From positions 9,379,774 to 9,443,773 of the forward strand of contig MU063895.1 in assembly GCA_013265495.1 (NCBI GenBank): a DNA stretch of 64,000 nucleotides, given 5' to 3'. A model generated the notes under the pieces. That model was not told the origin of the DNA and did no database searches. It was given only the letters and a program-made list of their open reading frames with translations. The position numbers were made by a program, and so were the translations under genes. The stretch comes from Vicugna vicugna (taxonomy: Eukaryota). Shown here one piece after another: positions 36,964 through 49,930 of the stretch; position 1 is the first letter of the stretch, and the number at the start of each line of letters is the position of its first letter.

Positions 36964-39900
36964 CCCAGCTGTGAATCCTTAAGACATAAGGAATAGATTT
37001 CAAGCATCTTTAAGGAGGACAGTTTCATGTTTTTCTCTACTTGAGATCAGATGCTGCAGCTCAAGTTTTCTCCTTGAATATTCTTACAGATTCTCTTCTT
37101 CTCAAAGTCTCCTGTTTTACTCAAGAGAGTATGTTTGCTACTTACCTTCTGAAACCCTTCTGGAATGAAACCTCAGAACTGGATCCAAAGTGTTAACTAT
37201 GTGTATTCCACCTGCTTTCTCAAAGGATGTTTTATCAACACCTGCTTGCATGGATCTAACAGAAAATAATTGGTCCATTAATTGTGTTGAATATATAAAG
37301 CAAGGAACTGTATGCTTCCCTCTAGGAAGACCACAATAGAAAGAATGGAAATTTCAAAGTAGAGAGGAGCAAGTGGATGGCAGAAGCAACATTGAATGAG
37401 TAATTATTTGGCGCCATATTGTTCCAGGTAATTCAGTGCGTTCTGTCAACAAATTCTCACGACTGACCTAAGGCAAAGTTCTTAATATAAACATTCTGAG
37501 ACATGCAGCATTGAGAAACAAGCCTAAAATCAAACAGCAAGATAAAGCAGGACTGATATGGCAAGATTCACTGTAGTGGGTCCTTTCTATAAGAAGCTGC
37601 CTCCTTAATAAAAAAGAACTCTCTTACAATGTAAAGACACTGAAAGTAAAGGGGAAACTGGACACTTATCCAAGTTACTTTCAGTAGCATTAGAAATTTC
37701 TCTGCTGATCCCACTGAGTAAATCCTGCTCACCCAGGCTGGCAGCTTCCAGATACCTGGCTTGCTTCTCTGGAACTTTAACCCTTTTAAAAGACACGGTA
37801 ATCATTTCAAAGACTGTTTTCCACGTGTAGTTTCAGATATGCGATGAGCCTGGCCATTAGGCTCAGAGTCTGACAGAAAGTGTGTACGGGGATAAAATGT
37901 AAAATGCGTCTGAAGATAAAGTACTGTTTGGGTTGTAAGGCTCCATGCTGTCAACTCACTACTCAATTTGAAAAGTGACTTGCTAGTTTCTCATCTAAGC
38001 TGCTACTTGCAGATTTCAGCTGGGAACAAAAAATGGCATCAACTTTCCATTATCATGCTTAGAACAAAGAAAGGTGGATTTTTTTTTATGATTGGAATGT
38101 CTGGTAAATATTCATTTCACTGGTACTGCAGAGAGTTGATCCATATCTCCTGTGTGCTTCAAATGCATTTCGTTTAGTAAGTGAATAATCAAAAATAAAT
38201 TACTCTTTCAACACAAACCTGCCTGAGACTTGAACTCATGATGTGTAAAAGCCTTTCCTCACGTTTAACGGTATCTAGCGGAACGTCATAAAGCAGTGGG
38301 CTCTCTCCATCCTTCTTCTTTTAACACATGTGTATTATACTTTAAGACAACAAGGTTGTCCATGCCTTGGTTACTTTTCAAAAGAGCCTATTTGCAAGGG
38401 GAAACTATACCACAGTGCCCGTTACATTTTGAAATTGTCTGATCCATGCCTTACAGTTTGGTCCTGCACATACAGTGGGGCCTGAGCTGTGCGTGTGGAA
38501 AGGACAAGAATGAACACGCCGTTAAAACAGAAGCTTCAGGTCACCTGCCTTATGGAAGAGCTAGACGTGCTCTGCCTTTTGAAGGTGGATACAGCTGCAT
38601 TCTAAACTACGTGCTCTCTCTACTTCCTTGAACATACTAGTGCTATTACTGAATAATAATAATAGAAACAAAACATTAAAAAATACTCTCCATGCATGTA
38701 TGTATTTTTAAACATGTACACAGGCACACATGCATAGACCTCTTCCCTCAAAAAAATCTTCTTCCAGCTGAATTTTCATAATCATAAAATTCTAGGACTA
38801 AGACCGTTTTTGTTCCCTTGTTTTGCGGGGCTTTCTTCGCCGGAGTTCCCTGTAGCACCCACCTGCCCTAATAGCTTCTGACAGAGATATTTGCTCCCTT
38901 TACACTTCCGTGTTGCGATGTGTCATATCTCCCACATGGAAAAAAGAGGATGGTGTTTCTCATGTCATCTTATGGAGTTAGCATATGTCATATTAGTAGC
39001 AGAACCAGAACTCAAAATATCTTTTGACACTGTCATTCACTGTTACACAATGTTTAATTTCGGTTACTTATTTACCATATGCCACCCGTGTAGCTGATGT
39101 GATAGCCCGAGCAGTTCTCACAAATCTCTTGTTTAATATACAGATGCCCACCCCCAGCACAAACACATCTCACAGTCGTGTAATAAAGTTCCCCGTCCTA
39201 TTCCACTGTTCCCCAAACCCATCATAAGAACCTGTTCCCAAAGTGGTAATAGTAACGTGCCTCATATATGATGCAGTATGCGAAATACTTAGAATGATGC
39301 CTAGTCTGTGCAATCCCACAACGAGGATGGGTGGGCTGGTGGGAGCATCACAGTCAAAGACCTTTAATAAGGTGGCTTCTCTCCTAGACACTAACTGTGT
39401 GCAGGGATGGACCAGGCTTCTCCTTCTATTGTCTTTCCAGAGCTGACCAATAATCCTGTTACACATTTTGTTCTTTAAATTTGTATTAGACATGTTACTG
39501 AATCTTTCTATGCCTGGGGGAACATTCTGTCCCTTGAAAGTTACTTTGCACACTTGCTGTGAGCTATTCAGCATTGGCTTTTGCAGTTTAACTCCTAACA
39601 GAGCACTCTGTTCCCCCACTTCCTCCTCCTATAGAAAACCTTGTTGTATCTCTAATGCATAAAACCCAATGTTCTCACAGTGACAAAACATTTGGATAAA
39701 GTCACACAGTGTCAGTACAGACTTGAAAAGACACAAAACGCTGCCAAGATAACACAATCACAGGGGTTGGAGAAAATGAATCTCAGATTAGTAAATGGAC
39801 CTGAGCCAGTGCCTCAGTAGACTGCAGGGATGAAGCGTAGAAACATTAAAACACACACATACCCAATCTTCTCAATATGAGTCTTTTTTTCTTCCCAAAT

Positions 39901-40362
39901 TATTAAGAATATTATGTTCTCTATAAGGCTGGCCTATTTATTTTTCGGCATTGTGTACTCTCATTTGCCATTTTGGTGAGAGCAGTGAATGTGTTACTTG
40001 TCGTAACCAGTAAAGCTCTATGTCATAGATCTCTTTTTGAAAACTCCTTTGAAGGTTGGAAATATGGCTGACAGGTTTCTTAATAGATTTAACTCACACA
40101 AGAAAAGTTGGCCATGTATGGCGTGAGAGAACGCTGTAGGTCATGTCCCAGGTCCTCTGGGCCCAGGATTTCAGGGTCTAAACTCTTCCTCTGAGAAAAG
40201 CAGACTTCTAAAACATCCACCAGAGTGTCTGCTTTGGCTTCCATGCCATCAGGTCTTGACTAATCAGTCCTGAAAGTGTGGGAGTAAGACCTTGGCAGAT
40301 GTAGATACATTGATTAAGTGTCTCTGGGGAAATACTTGTTAATTATTCTCTCTTTAAAAAAA

Positions 40363-40864
40363 CGGATGGCTGGATAAAGAAGCTGTGGTATATTTATCCA
40401 ATGGAATACTACTCAGCCATTACAAAGAATAAAATAATGCCATTTGCAGTAACATGGATGGACCTAAGATCATCATAGTAAGTGAAGTAAGTCATAAAGA
40501 GAAAGAAAAATATCAAATGGTATCACTTATGTGTGGGATCTAAAAAAGAGACGAACTTACTCACAAAACAGAAACAGACTCACAGACATAGAAAACAAAC
40601 TTCTAGTTATAGTGAGAAGGGGAAGGGAGGGTGGAGGGATACATTAGGAGTTCAGAATTTGCAGATATTAACTACTACATATAAAGTACATAAACAAAAA
40701 GTTTCTTCTGTAGAGCACAGGAAACTATATTCACTATCTTGTAGTAACCTATATTGAAAAAGAATATGAAAAGGAATATATGTATGTGTATGCATGACTG
40801 GGACATTGTGCTGTACACCAGAGAGTGACATTGTTAACTGACTATACTTCAATTTAAAAAAAAA
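40363..40864 (+). mobile_element. Artiodactyl/camelid LINE-1 3' end
   Basis: tggataaagaagctgtggtatat...atggaatactactcagcc...ctgtacaccagagagtgacattgttaactgactatacttcaatt plus poly-A. Confidence 0.93.
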
Positions 40865-42278
40865 AGACAATGATTCCAACAATAACAAATAGAGATAGAT
40901 GATGGATCTATACATAGATTGTGTGTATATAAAATTTGAATTTTAAAATTTATAAGTATACATGAAAATAATCCATCATTTCAAACTCTGCATTTCACAT
41001 CATGACCAGAGCATGCCCTTTCCCACCTCGCTCCTCCACACGCATTACCACTATGGCATACTTCTCATTTGGTGCTGATTGAATTCTTGTCACACAGTTA
41101 AGACATTTATCGTTTCCAGGCTTCCGATGAGTAAGCTGAAATTCAGAGAGTTTAGAAAATTAAAGTCCAGTCTCTCAGTAAATGGTAAACTTAGGCTTCC
41201 CATCTGGGTTTTTTTAGGTTTGTGTTCACCATTCTTTTACTCCATCCAATTTGGAGAAAAGTATGTTTGCTTAAAAACATGTATTTTCATTTTCAACCCA
41301 GTGTTTATAATAAAGTGATGGTTGTGGAGGATGGAGAAAGGAATATATTGTGGTAGGTAGAGGATTAGTCTGCAAAGATATTTAACATTTTTGAAGGTTG
41401 GAGTTGAAGACGAATGAGCATATACAGCTCATTTTCTAGGTAAGGTGTTCACGGGTTTGAAGAGGGTGCCAAAAGAGGAAATTAGGAAATAGAATTTTAA
41501 GAACCTTCACCAGAGCATCAAACAACTCAGAGCTCATGGTTTTGATGCCCAAAGGAATAAGAATGTAAACAAAGCAGCAGACAAACTAAATGAGATAAGC
41601 GAAGGCTGCGAGTGGTTGCAACTATAATACAATGCTGCGTGTGTGCACGTGGACAGATCCTTAAACTTACCGGGAAATGAAAATCAAGATAAGACTATCA
41701 TTTGCATATTTTATTTGCCACTTTGGGCTCCATATAGTCTTTGTTGAAATTACTTCTAAATATATATAGTGAGATACCCACATTGCATGTCTGTCATTTT
41801 GGGGTACAGAAATTCGCCTGAACTTGTTTTAGGAAGAGTGAAAATAGGTTCTAAGTCACTTTATTTCATTCAAACAACGTTGAAATTAAAAAAAAAAGTT
41901 TAAATTCACTGCTTAGGGAAAATCACATCATTTTAAAACACAGAGGCTAATAAGTGATAGAAACTAGTGGCTATCTCCTGGTTGGGTCATTTACATCTGA
42001 AGAAGAGCTGTGACAGAAATTTCCAAGAGTTTCATGTTGAAAATTACAATTGGGAGAAAATGGTTTTCACAAAAATAAAGAGCGAAAAAAAAAAAAAAGA
42101 AAAGGTAAAAATAACATGATGTTTCTACTCACTAGGCAGTCCTGTTGGGTCCCCTTCAGGGTGTAAATCTGATCGCCAGTCTTCCCCTAATGGTTTTGAA
42201 ATGGAGCTGTTGAAAGCTGTGTTCAGCAAGCACCCTTTTACCCTCACTACTCATTCTGTTTTCTTCTTCTCTCTGCAG

Positions 42279-42650
42279 ACACGCTCAGTTGCATCCTTCC
42301 AGCCCCTAAAGAACCATTTTTTTTATGATGTTGAAAATGAATATGTTCTCTTCAAAAGAGGTGGAAACGAATTCATGTGATAGGATCTTGCCTTTCAAAA
42401 TAAGAACTTGGTCAGTGGACTTCAAAATATAATAATAAAAAACAAAAATAACATGAACTCTTGGTTTTGGACTAGTTTCCTCCCCATCTGCAGCCAACTT
42501 TCATTGCCTGTGAATTCAGACCATCCTGACCATCTGTAAATTCCTGTCTTTTCATACTGATTTCTTCCTAATTAATGGAATTTTATTTCATACTCCCTTG
42601 TTTATTTGTTAGACCTGGTTTCAAAAGCCCAATAAAACAACTGAGGAGAG
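42279..42650 (+). other. Candidate 3'-terminal exon (host transcript unknown)
   Basis: Branch-point-like ctcac (42243-42247), tract ttctgttttcttcttctctctgcag ending 42278, AATAAA at 42434 and 42631; no transcript evidence. Confidence 0.3.
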
Positions 42651-45443
42651 AGATTAATCCCTTACAGTAAAATATATGGCTTTAGTACTAGGACATGTAA
42701 GTAACCAAAAATATGGAATGATCATTTTTGTCACCACAAGATGACAGAAGTCAAAATGTTTAATCTCAGCCACTCCATTGTAATGCTCTTTACACAGGAA
42801 AAATGAATTCCTTTCCTTATAAAATTTAGCAGACTGGAAACATTCTGCAGCTGACACACAGACTCTGAAGAAGGAAGAAAGGAAAACAGAGGCACATGGG
42901 CTACTGATGTGTGTCCACTCTGAGGAAAGAAACAAAATTAAAGAATATTTAGAAGTTGAACTTCTTATTTAATTGGCTAAGTTCTGATTAAATCTTTTAG
43001 GTCAAGTATTTACTAACTGATGAAAGAAAAGTGACATTAAAATGTGATTTATGAATTTAACTATTTCCAAGTAAAACATGGTAGATAGATAGATAGATGA
43101 TAGATAAAATTGAAAAATTGTTCCACAGGTTTTTGGACACAAAAGCATATGGATATAAAAAATCAATATTCTCACTTTGGTTCAAGTTACTGAAATGGGG
43201 TGTCTTCACCATAATAGTTTGCCTTCCTCTGTCAGGAGGACTTAACGTAGGTAAGATCAAAGGCATCACTTGGCATCACAGACTAGGTGAAATGGCTCTT
43301 TTAGGTACGCAAAGCAGAACTAAGAATTGGTACTCCAGCTCCTTAGTATGCCCTCTCTTTTCAAGAAATTGATAGTTTGTAGGGGAAAAAAAAAGATTTC
43401 TTATGTCTTGCCTGTTCTGCGAGGCTATCATTCATCTTATTAAAATGTGCATGTGATAATGCAAGATGTGACTGAATGTCACTCATTTCGATCCCACTGA
43501 CCACACAGTGTCTGTTGGTCCCAGCATAATTTGTCAAGGTAAGACACCCCAGTTTAAAGGTGGAAGCAAATGAGCTCAGTCATCTCACATTTCCCAAGGC
43601 CAGAGTCTGCTTTTTTAATTTTCTACACGTTATTGCTCCTTGTAGTTATTGAGCCAAATCCTCAGTTAGCAGTCTGCTAGGTTTGGTATCATATCTGAAA
43701 ACCCTATGTGATATAGCCGTGAAAGAACCCCCAACTGGACCACCATGTAACAACAACAACAAAACTATTAGTTAGCTTCTTTTGAATAAGTATTTTATGG
43801 AGCATTTTTAAAATATGTAAATCTATAATCTGCAACCATGAATTTAACATTTTGTTCTTGTTTTGTTCTTGCTTTAGGAGTAAACATTATAACTTGTTCC
43901 TTTATTTATTTTCCAGCAGTGGTCCTCATATGAAATTTTACTTTAGAAAAATTTTATTTATGAACAGAGGCTAGGGAGGGAAAATAAGAAACACAAAACA
44001 CCATGACCAAGATCTTAGAAGGAGAAAGGCTTGAATCACAATCACAGCACATTCTGACTTGCACAGAAATGTTGGTTTTCCTTTTAAGATTTCTGATAAC
44101 TCGGAGCATCAGGAGGGTTTTTTTCCAATTTACTGATTCTGCAAGAAAGTGTGGCTATTTTAGAACATTGAATCTGTACGTCTCAGGAATCTCCTTAGAT
44201 GTAGGTTTCAGGAACACAGTGCAGGGCTCTAGTGGGTTTGGAGCGAGAATCCTTTAATTGATAGTGAGGTCTTTAAGGCATTGAGCTTGAAAGCAGGGCC
44301 AGTGACACTTTGATCACAAAAAGGCTCAAAAAGGAGAGTCATGATGCTTTCAAATACAGTTGACTGATTCTAATTAAATCTTGGGCTACCAAGGGAGCTT
44401 TGCGCACGGCTCTGAATAAACACTGATGCTCAGATGCATTAAACTTTGAGGGACTGAAAGACTAAATAGACTACTGATGTGGAGTTCTCACCCATTTTGA
44501 AGGAATCCAAGCAAAGATGTACTGGTAGAGACCTCGATGGATATTTTAACAAGTGTGAAAGGAAGTTTAGGTTAGAAGAAAGAAGGAAAAACGTTTTTTC
44601 CTTTACACATTTCATTTTGGTAGTGAATCTATTTTAATCTTTTCTGTTAAAATAATCTTGCAGTTTGTTTTGTAAGTAACATATATATATTAAATATAAT
44701 TGCAGATACATTTTGTGCTTTTGTTTCATTATTTTCTTAGGAAAAAATTCTGAAAGTGAAATGGGTAAATGAACGTGTTGATTAATTTTAAGACTGGAAA
44801 TGGCTTCACTGACCTCCAGAAAGATTGTACCACTCCTCAGAGACTTAGTTTTAAGTTTAAATTTGTTCCTACATTTAACATATTTCAATTTTTAATGTCT
44901 CTTGCTCTGGATCCCTTGAATTAACACTTGTTCTTTCCGTCATGCATTCATTCCCTTATTCACTCCGTTACTCACTGATGGAGCCTAATGGTTGCTCCAG
45001 ATTATTACAGCATGCGGTTTGGGGGGAGATAAGGAAGGCAAATTTTTAATTTTTTTATTTTACAAAAAATAGGATAGTTTATAATGAGTATGCGATGTAA
45101 AGGCAGAAGACTTTGATTTAATAACTAACTTCTGTCCTTCATTGTGTGCCATTTCACATTTTTGAGGTTCTAATTAATCGACTTTAAAGTAGAAGAAAAT
45201 AGTAACCACTTTAGAAAGAGAAGCATTTACACAAGTGTTTTCTAAACCAGAAAACCATTTACAAATCAGGACTGGGATATGGCTTTTCAAAAGCAAGACA
45301 AAACTCTTTATACCCCCCATCACTTATGTTTACCTAAATTGATAGTTCAAAGTCATACTACAGTAATCTGGGTAAATACTGAACTTCAGCAGCGTCTTTG
45401 TCTCATACAGGATTGACACTATAAATGCATGCCTTTTTCTCCC

Positions 45444-45872
45444 TGTTGAAGGAGTTCACCTGGAGGACGTGACTGTGGTTGACTTGCAAGCTGAACCGGG
45501 CAATCAGGGGCTCCTCACTCCCTTCCCTGTCTTTGGAATGTATGTTCTACCCATGGTTCCCGAACTAAGAGCTACTTTAAGGACACAGCCTTGAGAGAGC
45601 AACGTGGTGTTGAGGCCATTTAGACCAAATATGTGACTGAACTTTGTTAAAGTCTCTATATAAAGTCTTAAGATTCTGAAAGGCTGGTATAGAGACCTAC
45701 TCAACCTTGAGGCCACCCAAGACACACCTCGGGTGGAGGTGCCCTTGCTGGTTTAGCCTGCTGCCTCCCAGTCTGGAGTGGTCTGCCTCCTTCTTCTGTC
45801 AGCCCGTGCTCTCTGGGGAGGGGGGCTTGTTTCAGATTTCATCCAGGGAACTTCAGAGGTTGTAAACCAACA
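45444..45872 (+). mobile_element. ERV1-class solo LTR (Laurasiatherian type)
   Basis: TG...CA termini; aaggacacagccttgagagag...ctctatataaag (TATA)...tctggagtggtctgcctc...gtaaaccaaca. Confidence 0.8.
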
Positions 45873-46099
45873 CCCTCCCTCCCCTCCTCTCTGTTTCTCC
45901 TGTCCCTCCTTGTTTCATGTTTAACATTTTATTTATGCATTTAATAAACAAATCATTTACTTCTTTGATAGACAAAACACTCACTTGTTTAAAAATAAAT
46001 TCAGAAACCATGAGAGGATAAATTGTGAAAATTCCCCCTTCCACCGCAATGACCAGCCACGCGGTTTCCCCCTGTGAAGGCATTTAGTTTTCTAAATCC

Positions 46100-46170
46100 T
46101 TTTTTTTTTTTTTTAATGGAGGTACTAGGGATTGAACCCAGGGCCTCATGCATGCTAAGCACACACTCCA
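46100..46170 (-). mobile_element. 5'-truncated camelid tRNA-derived SINE (Vic-1-like)
   Basis: Poly-T, then aatggaggtactagggattgaacccagggcctcatgcatgctaagcacac, the reverse complement of the SINE B-box region. Confidence 0.9.
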
Positions 46171-46385
46171 AGGACAAGAGCAGTGAGTCAATCAAAAACC
46201 ACTTCCAAGCGAGGGTATAAGAGAAAGGGGGAGACAAGGAACACCGATTCCTCCTTGAACGCGCCTGCTTTCTCCTCTTGCAGGTGTATCTTCTTTTCCT
46301 AAATAAATCTTTTAAAATCTTTTTTGCTACATAATGCTTTCTGTCTACCATCTGTAAATCTTATCTTTTGAGTAAGACCAGAATT
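46171..46385 (+). mobile_element. Probable LTR 3' fragment (U3-R-U5 like)
   Basis: TATA-like gggtataagag, downstream cctaaataaatc, abrupt fusion to the SINE; family not recognised. Confidence 0.45.
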
Positions 46386-47038
46386 AGATTTTTTTTTCCA
46401 TTTCTCTTTTGGGTAACAACCACACAAAGCTTAGTTCACATACTGTCTTCCTTACACAATCTCCTCAAACCACACATAGTGGAAAGTAATATAACAAATA
46501 TTGTTGAATCTGTATGTCGTAGATATTGTGCCATGAACTTTCACCTTCTTGTGAATGATCACATTTCAAAGCAACCAAAGAAGTTAAATACTGTTTTCTT
46601 TCTCCTTCTCCTTCCTCTTCATCTTCCTCCCTTTCTTCTCCTTCCCTTCCCCTTCTCTTTCTTCTTCTTCTTCCTCCTCTTGAGCCAAATTATCCCCAGA
46701 GAAATTAATCTCCTCAATTAAATTTGCAAAGAGCAACACAGGGTTAGAATTGCTTTGGACACAAAAATATCTAACTTTAAATTCCTGCTTTCCCCATTTC
46801 TTTGCATTCTCTCTACCTTCTGAAAATTTCTATCCCAACTTTAGATTTTTCCATATCATGTAATGAAATTATTGTGTTTTATATACCTCCTAACCATTTG
46901 CCTGTATATCTTAAGTTTTGTTTTTAAGGGAAAAATCTGATTTTCTCAGTATCCTTTCATATGCTCTCAATAGGTACTGGATAAGTAATCATGCATCATC
47001 TTGAAAGTCATGTTATAAAAATGTTTAGAAGTCACCCA

Positions 47039-47200
47039 GGGGGCAGGGTATAGCTCAGGTGGTAGAGTGCATGCTTAACATGTATGAGATCCTGGGTTCA
47101 ATCCCCAGTACTTCCTCTAAAAATAAATAAACTTAATTACCCCCCCAAGTAAAATAATTAAATAATACAATAATAAATAAACAAAATATTGAAAAAAAAA
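47039..47200 (+). mobile_element. Full-length camelid tRNA-derived SINE (Vic-1-like)
   Basis: GGGGGcagggtatagctcaggtggtagagtgcatgcttaacatgtatgagatcctgggttcaatcccc; A-box about 47051-47062, B-box 47095-47105, A-rich tail. Confidence 0.93.
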
Positions 47201-49419
47201 GAAATGGCCCAACTATGTTTGGGGATTAATTATTCTTACACTTAAAATTGGAATTCAATAAAATACAGAAAGCTGTTAATTTTAAATTGGCATTTTAAAT
47301 GTAAACATTTTCTGCTTGTAAAAGAAAGTTAGCATCTACCTTTGAGATTTTCTTCTTTTAAAATAAGGGAAAAAATAAGGTCTTTGTATCTTTTTTTTTA
47401 AAGTACTCTCAAGTAGGGGAAGAAAAAAAAAAAAAAACAACTCAGTAGATTATGCCTGAGGCTTTCACTGTAGCCCTTGGGGTTTAAATCAGAGGGGCAG
47501 CCTGAGATGAAAATGATAGCTCTGTGACTTGTCTCGCAGCATCAGTGACCTCAATGTAAATTGTTCCTTAGATGATGGGGAACAAATGAGAAAACTTTTA
47601 GGGAAGTTAAGAAAATGCAACTTTTTCCTAGAAGAAGATTGTCCCTGGGAATACATTTAAATCTTTCGAAGGCTATACCTGTCTACTGTTTATGGAACAC
47701 GGAGAGATATGCCCCAGCTCTCCTCGTCTCTCCTTTTAATAGAAGTTACTCTGCCAGAGAGATGACACATTTGTATATGCTAGTTTTAAGCAGGATCAGG
47801 TCAAACCTGAGTTGGTTCTAATAGCACTGCTACATGCATTATCTGGCCGAGAGAGGAGAGAATGTCTACATCAGGAAAAATCCTATGGTGCTGCTCGCCT
47901 ATTTGCTGCAGAACCCAGTCACTCACAGAAGTGGGAAATAGTTGGGCAAACAGAATACGGCTACAGAATCATGTGATAATAATAATAAAATTAAAATAAA
48001 TAAAACAGGTACAGGGCAATGACGAATGCTTTGCAAATAACTGATAAGGACTTATACAAAAATTCAAGACAGTAAACTAACATTATTATGCACCAGTAAT
48101 ATTTCAGACACTTTAAATGTATCAAATTTTAGTTACTATTCCCACAACACTGAGACATGCCTTGCCCTTACCTTCCTAATGTTGTCATTGAGAGTCACAG
48201 AATTTGTAACATACAAATAATAATAGCATGTGGAAGATTGTTAAAACTCAAAAATGTTGGCTCCTTCCAGAGTTGAAAAAAATAGTCTAAAGATCTAAAA
48301 AAGGTCTTGAAACACTGAAAAGGATCAGATATGGAAAAAGGCCAGAGATGGAATTAGGAACTTGGTTTCAGCCTAATGGGTGACCTTGGGCATTGACTTC
48401 ACCTCACAGAAATTCAGCTTCATTATCTATCTAATAAGGGGGAGGGCAGCTCATATCTCTGATACTGATGTACATGCATTACATATTTTTAGGAGAAAAG
48501 TATTGCTGTGTCTATTTTATAATTGTGAAGAATAAGGCTGAGAAAACTCCTGCAACTGGGGAAGTTGAGCTAGTCAGCGCTGGAGGCAGGTTTCCAGACC
48601 AGGTATGTCAGAGATTAAAAGCCACATTATTTACATTACATCTTGTTCCTTACCAAGGAGATCAGGATTATTTCTGATTGCTCATGTAACATAGAAAATA
48701 CATAATATCAGCATGGGGCTTTGGGAGCCAAGCAGCAAATGTGCAGCTATGTTTGTCTGCAGTCTGGTGTTACTGGCGGGAAAATGAGCACCTGTTTCAG
48801 GAATTCCAGGAGCCTAGGTAATGGCAGTCATCTAAATCCCAATGTCTCCACATAGCTAACAAAATCATCAATAAAACAGACCAAAAAGAAGACCAAATAA
48901 TATGAACAAAAAAATATGAACAAAAATCCCACACTTTCCCTGAAGGAACACTATATATATATATAAAATATATATATCTTCCCCCCGAATGCATGCAGAG
49001 TGAAAAGCAAGCATATTCAAAGGGGAGGGGAGCTGACTTAGAAGAGGAATGAGCCAAGAAATGTTGCCTGGTTTATTTTGGAGGCGGGGTGTTACTCTTA
49101 GGGCAAAGCATAGTTCATGGTCAGAACTGTACAGGGCTCAAAATTTCTAATGGCAAAAACACGATCTTTTAGGCCCAAACACCCAAGGAACAGAACTTGG
49201 AATATCCACAGTGACTAGAAAGTGAGAGAGAAGGAAGAGTCCTCCATCTCTTATCCTAAGGTTTACAGAGACCTTACAAGATTTTAGGATTGCCACAAAT
49301 TACGTATGCATGAGACAGAAAACTCCCAGCCCAGATGAGAATAAAAGAAATGCACTGAGATTTGAGCGGACATCCAAGTAAGAGCTTTTAATTTGAGTTT
49401 AAACAGCTTGATTGCCTGC

Positions 49420-49930
49420 CACACAAACAACAAAAAAATCAAACTCTGATAGAATATAAGAGAATCCAGAATATTCACTGTATAATGTTCACCATGCACA
49501 GAATACAATCCAAATTACTCCATATAAAGAACAAGGAAACTGTGACCTCAGGTGACCCAGATGTTGGAGTTTCAAAGCAGCCAAAATGAACAGGCTCAGT
49601 GTTACAAAGGAAAACATGCTTTCAATGCATGAAAAAATATGGCACTGCAACAGATAAATAGAAAATATTAAAAGTAACAAAATGAAAATTCTGCCACTGA
49701 AAAAATACAGTATCTGTAATAAAAAATTTAATGGATGAGACTAAGAACATAACAAATATGGCAGAGGAAAGAATCAATGCGCTTCAAGACAGATCAATAG
49801 AAATCAGTAAATTTGAACCGGAAAGAGAGAGGGAAAAGGGAAAAGAGAAAAGGTTAAACAGTACAGAAACCTAGACTCAGTACCTATGTGACAATATCAC
49901 ACTGAAGGTCTAATATGTGAGTAATTTGTA
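49420..49930 (+). mobile_element. Old L1M ORF1-region fragment
   Basis: aatacaatccaaattact...gcagaggaaagaatcaatgcgcttcaagacagatcaatagaaatc. Confidence 0.7.

Noticed and set aside
39170-39619. Longest non-L1 ORF (149 aa, - strand)
   Set aside because: No recognisable domain, no supporting splice structure, and the length is attainable by chance
41700-41707. Octamer ATTTGCAT suggesting an immunoglobulin V promoter
   Set aside because: No leader exon, V exon or recombination signal sequence nearby
24440-44764. Further 3n microexon candidates (24440-24466, 34749-34775, 44741-44764)
   Set aside because: Selected by eye; such AG...GT pairs are common by chance and the joined peptide is meaningless
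47039-47115. Possible tRNA gene (A-box and B-box present)
   Set aside because: The acceptor and anticodon stems are not intact, and it runs into the SINE-specific body and A-rich tail with related copies at 442 and 46100; it is a SINE
25597-48925. Scattered micro-duplications (aacaggcctcc x2 at 25597, ttcttgaggg x2 at 31333, aatatgaacaaaaa x2 near 48900)
   Set aside because: Ordinary slippage events with no pattern
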